Virus record (IMG/VR): IMGVR_UViG_3300046167_000873
Coordinates: 64,001-128,000 of that record
Reading direction: 5' to 3' (one strand)
From: a virus
Length of the DNA: 64,000 nucleotides
Made by a program: the position numbers and the translations under genes. The notes below the pieces were generated by a model. It worked only from the letters and a program-made list of their open reading frames with translations. It was not told the origin of the DNA and made no database searches. Of this stretch, positions 58,771-64,000 are shown piece after piece (the stretch's first letter is position 1; each line of letters starts with the position of its first letter).

Positions 58771-59189
58771 TTGAATAACTCCGGTAATGCCTCACTAACA
58801 GTCTTTAAAGTAATTCCTTTAATTGGTTTATTATCTTTAATGTCTAAAAGGAATTTAGCATCATCTCCATTAAGTGACTCTAACAGTTCAATAAACAAAC
58901 TTTCCCTTCGGTTCCGCTTAACAGCGTTTTGTGGATGATCAAAGAAATACTTTAGTTTCCTATATTCACGGTATAACCCGCCGTGATCATCGATCATATC
59001 TTCAGCCTCTTTATAAGGAGGCGAACCTTCAGGCAAACTAAATTTAATCCTATCATCGTATATTGTTTTTAAGATAACCATAGCGGCTGGAATACTACGA
59101 AGACCTTGTAGCTTTGTTATCTTTTCTTTACGTGAACCAATTTCTCCTATTTCTTTGAGGAGGACCGATAGTTTTTTCAGTTGTGGCAT
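58767..59189 (-). CDS. Conserved T4-like protein (DUF6433-like)
   Basis: LPEGSPPYK, RRESLFIELLESL...DA; downstream of rnh. Confidence 0.75.
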   Translation of the reverse strand: MPQLKKLSVLLKEIGEIGSRKEKITKLQGLRSIPAAMVILKTIYDDRIKFSLPEGSPPYKEAEDMIDDHGGLYREYRKLKYFFDHPQNAVKRNRRESLFIELLESLNGDDAKFLLDIKDNKPIKGITLKTVSEALPELFK

Positions 59190-59190
59190 T

Positions 59191-60048
59191 TTAAAACTCC
59201 ATTATGACATCTGTTAGATTTTTTAGTTTGTGTTTAATAAAGTAATTGAAAAGTTTATTACGTGGTTTGTTGTCCTGTTCTTTCAATTGCTGAAGCGATT
59301 CTGCCTTTATCCTTGCTGGGACATTATCTAAGTCTATCATCATTTTGTTTCTAGCGTAATTACGCTTAAGTTCATCATTCATTCCATTCCAATCTTCGGT
59401 TGAAAGTATCTCATCAACTTTGGTTTGGCGGAGTTGCTTCTGACGCTTATCTACATTAACAAATGTATCATCATCAGATAAGAAATTAGGAACGCCATCA
59501 CCAGAATCACCACGAAGAATATGCGTTGCAAGATATAGGTTAGCGTCCTTACAATCAATCCACTTTTTCTGAACTGGACTATATTGCTTGACGTTACTAT
59601 ATTTTTGGAGTTGTTGGAAATCTTTATCGCTTGAAAGAATTAAAATAGGATCACCACCAAGCTCTCGCCCATATTCTTGAACGATACTTGCAATAATATC
59701 ATCTGCTTCTGCTTTTTCTATAAGAATAGTAGGATAAGGAAAGAATTCATAAATTTCTTCACGAATCTTATTCAGAATTCTGTAGACTTCATTCCAGTCA
59801 AATTGTGATTTTGTGCGGGCAGTTGCACGAGATGCTTTATAGTAGGGGTAAATTTCTTTTCGCCAGTTAGACGAAGAATCGCATGCAATAACTAATTGAC
59901 CAAATTCTTTTTCAAATTGATTTTTCGAAAGACGAATAGAATTAAGAATGGTATGGCGCACTAAATCTTCGTGAATCACACCATTAAAGTTTTTTGCTTC
60001 GGCCATAATACTAGCAATAGCTACATGATTAAAGTCTAAAATTATCAT
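59191..60048 (-). CDS. rnh: RNase H / 5'-3' exonuclease
   Basis: ACDS..NWRKEIYPYYKA.R, EADD, ILSSDKDFQQLQ, GDSGDGVPNFLS. Confidence 0.95.
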   Translation of the reverse strand: MIILDFNHVAIASIMAEAKNFNGVIHEDLVRHTILNSIRLSKNQFEKEFGQLVIACDSSSNWRKEIYPYYKASRATARTKSQFDWNEVYRILNKIREEIYEFFPYPTILIEKAEADDIIASIVQEYGRELGGDPILILSSDKDFQQLQKYSNVKQYSPVQKKWIDCKDANLYLATHILRGDSGDGVPNFLSDDDTFVNVDKRQKQLRQTKVDEILSTEDWNGMNDELKRNYARNKMMIDLDNVPARIKAESLQQLKEQDNKPRNKLFNYFIKHKLKNLTDVIMEF

Positions 60049-60082
60049 TAAAAAATCTCCATCATAATGATATATATACTAT

Positions 60083-60403
60083 TTAAAAATCAAACTCAAG
60101 CTGTTCTTCAGAGCTTTCTTGATACTTTAACGATAGATTATACATCGTCCTTGATAAATCTTGAATAGGGTGATGTAGCTTCTCTGCTTTATACATAACT
60201 GATTTAATCGCCTCATATGCCATTGATATATCTATGATGTAGTCGTCTGATGTAACGTCATATCCATCTTCTATGAGAGTGAATACAACATCATCAAAAA
60301 TATCATCGCAGTACATCTCTATTCTATTTACAATTTCAAGAATATCTTCGCCGCTAGATTCTGTGGGTTTATTTACCCCAGGGAATTGTATAATTTCACC
60401 CAT
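60083..60403 (-). CDS. Conserved hypothetical protein
   Basis: IIQFP N-terminus, EAIKS...HHPIQ; upstream of rnh. Confidence 0.65.
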   Translation of the reverse strand: MGEIIQFPGVNKPTESSGEDILEIVNRIEMYCDDIFDDVVFTLIEDGYDVTSDDYIIDISMAYEAIKSVMYKAEKLHHPIQDLSRTMYNLSLKYQESSEEQLEFDF

Positions 60404-61406
60404 TTGTTGTTGAGTAACTAAACATGGTTGATGGATCTACCTCAAAAGTTCTTGATTCTACGGTAGGATATCTATCACTCAATAATTGTAAAACGGCATT
60501 CCATTCATTTGCACGTGTTGGCCAACCATAAAACAAATTAGCGTATGACGCGGCTGATGCAGTTCTGGGCTTGATTACGTCGTAATTAGTTATGACACCA
60601 TCTAACATATTATAAAACGTACTAGCGTGTGCTGAGACGTCCTCATGCCATTGATACATCTCGGTCCAGTTTGCAGCTGTTTCGTAGAGAGCACCATAAT
60701 TAGGATGAACGCAAATATTACCAGCAGCCATTGCTTCCATGAGACATAAACATGACGTCTCTTGCCAAGTTGATGGGTATGCAAAGATGTGTGAATTTTG
60801 TAACGCAGTTCTAATTTCACTATTACTTACAGTTCCATGATTTGTGACAGTTGGCAGTGATTCCAGTTTATCAAATACCATCTTATAATTTTCATCATTT
60901 TTGCCCCATCCATAAAGCTCAAATGAAGAGTAAACATCGAGAGTGATATTATCATGCTTTTCAAGAAGTTTCTCATAGACAGCAGCTAAAATATTAAGTC
61001 CACGATGCGGAGTACTATGATAGATTAAATTAATTGTGTCTGTTGGTTTTTCCTTAGGCTCAATTGGTTGAATAGCATTTTGCAATACAAGACACTTAGA
61101 CCACGGAATATTAAACCTATTAATATATCCTTGGGCTTGCCAATTAGAAACGAAGACAAACATGTGAAACTGATGAATACTATCTGCAAACAAGTTATTT
61201 TCTGGATCCTCTGGTAAATCATGGGCCCAAAAGATTCTAATCTTTTCTTCATCAAGTTCACGAACACGGCTTGATACTATTTGAAAGTCTTCAAGCCTTT
61301 CTTTAGGTATTACATCAAGTAATGCGTAATTGAGTAGTTCAGTACCACCTAATGAATTTTCATTTGTGTCATTTCTTTTAAATTCGCCGTCATAAATCTC
61401 AGCCAT
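60396..61406 (-). CDS. GT-B (GT4-like) glycosyltransferase
   Basis: GGTEL, YHSTPHRGL, FAYPSTWQETSCLCLMEAMAAG (EX7E). Confidence 0.88.
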   Translation of the reverse strand: MAEIYDGEFKRNDTNENSLGGTELLNYALLDVIPKERLEDFQIVSSRVRELDEEKIRIFWAHDLPEDPENNLFADSIHQFHMFVFVSNWQAQGYINRFNIPWSKCLVLQNAIQPIEPKEKPTDTINLIYHSTPHRGLNILAAVYEKLLEKHDNITLDVYSSFELYGWGKNDENYKMVFDKLESLPTVTNHGTVSNSEIRTALQNSHIFAYPSTWQETSCLCLMEAMAAGNICVHPNYGALYETAANWTEMYQWHEDVSAHASTFYNMLDGVITNYDVIKPRTASAASYANLFYGWPTRANEWNAVLQLLSDRYPTVESRTFEVDPSTMFSYSTTNG

Positions 61407-61409
61407 AAC

Positions 61410-61598
61410 TTATTTTCCTATCATCGTGTCACGATCTTTTTTAATGTTTGATTCTCGAACAGAGCGAACATCTGCAAGATTACCTTTCTTACTTTTATTG
61501 TCTAAAGAAAAAAGGCAGTATATATAACCTGGTTTGCCAGCCTGTGCTATGGGATGCACAATTTCGTTTGTTTTTTTAACGCGCCAAATATCTAACAT
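61410..61598 (-). CDS. Hypothetical protein
   Basis: SD GGAG. Confidence 0.55.
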   Translation of the reverse strand: MLDIWRVKKTNEIVHPIAQAGKPGYIYCLFSLDNKSKKGNLADVRSVRESNIKKDRDTMIGK

Positions 61599-61613
61599 AA
61601 TAAATCTCCAAAT

Positions 61614-61838
61614 TTAATTCATTTCAAGGTGAAGAATAGGATCATATACAAATTCATCATTAATGTACACAATCGGTGTTCCATGATCTACGTGCTCAGC
61701 ATGGTCTTTCATAAAATCATCGTAAGATAAATCTTCGTTTATTACTTGTTCTTTAAATGGCAATTTTTTCCATTGTAAATATTCTTTGACTGTATTGCAC
61801 GCACCACAATCTTTTTGAGATATAACTAGTATTTTCAT
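61614..61838 (-). CDS. Glutaredoxin
   Basis: CGAC, TPIVYIN. Confidence 0.8.
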   Translation of the reverse strand: MKILVISQKDCGACNTVKEYLQWKKLPFKEQVINEDLSYDDFMKDHAEHVDHGTPIVYINDEFVYDPILHLEMN

Positions 61839-62368
61839 TTTTGAAAATCCTCACTTTCTATATATTCTTTCCAATCTGGCCTGTTCTCGCCATTGATAAT
61901 CACATATGGAAAATTTAAATATTGTTTTTCTTCAACAGATTCATCTACAAAAAAATCTTTTATGAACTTAGACGTAGGACCAACATCATCGTCTATTCTT
62001 ACGACTTTATAGATTATCTCTTTTTCTCGCAAATACTCTTCAGTTTCTTTGCATCCTTTACAATTAGGTATTGATATTAAAGCAATAACATCAGATAATC
62101 TTCTGTGATACCAGCCTTTAGATTCTTCTATGTGTGTTTCTACACAACCATTTTCATAGTACGCAATAAAATCAGCAATGTATTTTCCATCAACATATAC
62201 GGCTGGTGTGCCTTTTATATTTGAAAATATACACTCTGCTTCTGGTACAGGAAGATCCCCATCAGGAGCAACACGATACGTTTTGTATTGTATATTATTC
62301 TGCTGGAAATATTTTTCTAGCTCAAGAGAAAATAGATCAAATGGTTGTATCAACATTGTTACTTTCAT
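61835..62368 (-). CDS. Tandem glutaredoxin-like protein
   Basis: N-domain TPAVYVDG without CxxC; C-domain CKGC...FPYVIING. Confidence 0.7.
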   Translation of the reverse strand: MKVTMLIQPFDLFSLELEKYFQQNNIQYKTYRVAPDGDLPVPEAECIFSNIKGTPAVYVDGKYIADFIAYYENGCVETHIEESKGWYHRRLSDVIALISIPNCKGCKETEEYLREKEIIYKVVRIDDDVGPTSKFIKDFFVDESVEEKQYLNFPYVIINGENRPDWKEYIESEDFQK

Positions 62369-62790
62369 AATTTCGTTAAATGCCTACCGTTAATTTTTCC
62401 ACCAATAAAATCATTATAATATTCTTCACTAATGATTGCTTCGCTATCTACTTGATGCTTTAATTCATAGTAATTACATTGTGTTCTTGTGTAACACAAT
62501 TCTAATACAGACCTTTTAAATTGTAAACATCCATATTCTTCGATATCTGCTTTTAGTGAGTTGCTCGATCCATAATAATCTTTCCAGTCTGTCTCAACAA
62601 TCTTTTTTCTTTTGCGAGTCTTACCTTTGAGCGGCGGGAGTTTGCGTGTAGCGAAGAAGAATTTTTTACCAATGTATTTTCGACCAGTTTCGATATGTTC
62701 AATTAGGTATACCATTCCGGTATACTCTTCAATATCTGCTGACTCCAGGGGTTTTCCGTTCAGCATCCAAGGGTTTTCGTATGTTGACAT
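62365..62790 (-). CDS. GIY-YIG family nuclease
   Basis: GMVYLI...GRKYIGKK, DWKDYYGS, YYE, YYN. Confidence 0.85.
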   Translation of the reverse strand: MSTYENPWMLNGKPLESADIEEYTGMVYLIEHIETGRKYIGKKFFFATRKLPPLKGKTRKRKKIVETDWKDYYGSSNSLKADIEEYGCLQFKRSVLELCYTRTQCNYYELKHQVDSEAIISEEYYNDFIGGKINGRHLTKL

Positions 62791-63223
62791 ATTTTATAAT
62801 TACGTCCGCTTCTTCAAAGAGATGTTTTGTAAACTCGAAGCTCTCGTTCCACTTCGGTATGGTAAAACTTCCCTCATCAATAATGACTTCTTTGATGCCA
62901 ACCTGTATAATACCTTTTGCACATTCACTACAAATAGGAAGACCATACGCATAAAGTTTAGCACCGGCTAATGATATACCATTCAAACAAGCATTGTAGA
63001 TACAATTCTTTTCTGCATGTACTACATATTTATACTTAACTTCACGGTCTTCATAACGCTCTTCATCATCTGAAATACTACGAGGAAAGCCGTTGTATCC
63101 AGTAGATAAGACTTGGTGGTTATCACCAACGGCTACACAACCAATTTGCTTAGATGGATCTTTTGACCACTGCGAAACTTCCCTGGCCATCTCCATAAAA
63201 CGTATATCCCATTTATCCATCAT
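62729..63223 (-). CDS. cd: dCMP deaminase
   Basis: WSKDPS, TGYNGFPR, HAEKN, PICSEC. Confidence 0.93.
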   Translation of the reverse strand: MMDKWDIRFMEMAREVSQWSKDPSKQIGCVAVGDNHQVLSTGYNGFPRSISDDEERYEDREVKYKYVVHAEKNCIYNACLNGISLAGAKLYAYGLPICSECAKGIIQVGIKEVIIDEGSFTIPKWNESFEFTKHLFEEADVIIKYVNIRKPLDAERKTPGVSRY

Positions 63224-63226
63224 AAT

Positions 63227-63754
63227 TTAATGCTCTTTAATATACCAACTCGCAATTGTAAATCTAAAATAATCTGCCTTATAAGAATATGTAGCAGCAC
63301 AATGATTCATTTCACCATCAAACGCAACAATCCTTCCTGGTCTATAGTTGCATACATGTCTTACTTCATCTGAATGGCTATCCCAAAACTTAAGTTCACC
63401 ACCCCATGCGCTATCCCATTGCATGTTAACCATGTATAAACAAGTGACTAACTGGTTTTTTCTATCGCCAAATTGATCACGGTGTGCTCTGTTAACAGCA
63501 CCTGGTACTCCACAATTGATGACTGTTTGTACGAGCTGATGATGTTCAATATCTTCTTTAAACACATTCCTAAAATAGCCGTCTAATAAACCTGCTATAT
63601 GCGAATCATTAACAACCTTATGGAGAAAAATATCTTGGGTGTATGTGTCATCTTTCCACCCAAGATGATAGTTCTCTTGCATGCAATGTTCGAACAATTT
63701 ATGACGATGATCCATACTCAAAACATTATCATGAATTTTTACCTTCACCTTCAA
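63227..63754 (-). CDS. 2OG-Fe(II) oxygenase
   Basis: AHRD, WDSAWGGELKF, YRPGRIVAFDG...HCA, RFTIA. Confidence 0.85.
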   Translation of the reverse strand: MKVKVKIHDNVLSMDHRHKLFEHCMQENYHLGWKDDTYTQDIFLHKVVNDSHIAGLLDGYFRNVFKEDIEHHQLVQTVINCGVPGAVNRAHRDQFGDRKNQLVTCLYMVNMQWDSAWGGELKFWDSHSDEVRHVCNYRPGRIVAFDGEMNHCAATYSYKADYFRFTIASWYIKEH

Positions 63755-63906
63755 TCATCTTCTATATCTTCATCCATATCTGAAAGCAACGCACTACACA
63801 TTGGACAATATAATATTTCTAGTTCTTCAGTTTCGTAATTTGTCTGCTTGACAATAACATCGCTTTTAATTTCACACGACAGACAATTAATTGTTTTCTT
63901 ATACAT
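63751..63906 (-). CDS. Small Zn-ribbon protein (51 aa)
   Basis: Manual translation MYKKTINCLSCEIK...YCPMCSALLSDMDEDIEDD. Confidence 0.7.
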   Translation of the reverse strand: MYKKTINCLSCEIKSDVIVKQTNYETEELEILYCPMCSALLSDMDEDIEDD

Positions 63907-63915
63907 TATTATACC

Positions 63916-63999
63916 CTAAAATGAAAAATCTTTAAACGTATCATCATCAAGATCCTTTTTAATACCACCAATTATATATGATGTAATTTCTGTTTCTTG
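63916..63999 (-). CDS. nrdB: Ribonucleotide reductase class Ia beta subunit, 3' end
   Basis: QETEITSYIIGGIKKDLDDDTFKDFSF*, matching the NrdB C-terminal tail. Confidence 0.85.
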   Translation of the reverse strand, partial: QETEITSYIIGGIKKDLDDDTFKDFSF

Positions 64000-64000
64000 T

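Noticed and set aside
62365-62790. Mobile homing endonuclease
   Set aside because: Catalytic GIY-YIG domain only, no DNA-binding extension, not inside an intron; resembles a conserved stand-alone family.
62729-62790. 62-bp overlap of dCMP deaminase with the GIY-YIG gene
   Set aside because: Probably a lost stop or a minor indel; no evidence of function.
1-64000. tRNA or rRNA genes
   Set aside because: No cloverleaf or T-loop signature was seen by eye in the few intergenic gaps; tRNAscan-SE would be needed to exclude them formally.

Overview
A 64 kb AT-rich segment of a large T4-like (Tevenvirinae/Kyanoviridae-grade) myovirus, probably aquatic; no photosynthesis genes are in this window and the host cannot be assigned. 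1-40.6 kb (minus strand) is the late structural block: gp18 (truncated at the window edge), gp17, gp16, gp15, gp14, gp13, fibres, VrlC/DUF4815-like proteins, gp8, gp7, gp6, gp25, an S74 fibre, gp5, a gp27-like hub, gp53 and gp48. 40.6-45.6 kb (plus strand) holds gp4, gp2, a tube-like gene, gp26, a gp51-like ORF and a tape-measure/hub-like gene. 45.6-64 kb (minus strand) holds gp32, gp59, gp33, DUF932, an array of small early ORFs behind repeated promoter-leader cassettes, an exonuclease, PhoH, RNase H, a glycosyltransferase, glutaredoxins, dCMP deaminase and the nrdB 3' end. The best candidate for a new system is at 7.0-13.0 kb. A 647-aa Pro/Tyr/Gln/Thr/Gly repeat protein has two arms of 18-19-aa repeats arranged in mirror-complementary order around a Cys-Cys tip, which suggests a very long self-pairing beta-hairpin. 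It is followed directly by three 2OG-Fe(II)/JmjC oxygenases and a dUTPase-fold-like protein behind a T4 late-promoter motif. Other highlights: a G/GT-like -1 slippery site joining gp26 to the gp51-like ORF, an annexin-like repeat in the tape-measure-like protein, a gene-32 leader pseudoknot, and several frameshifts that may be assembly errors. All annotations come from reading motifs and synteny; no searches were run.
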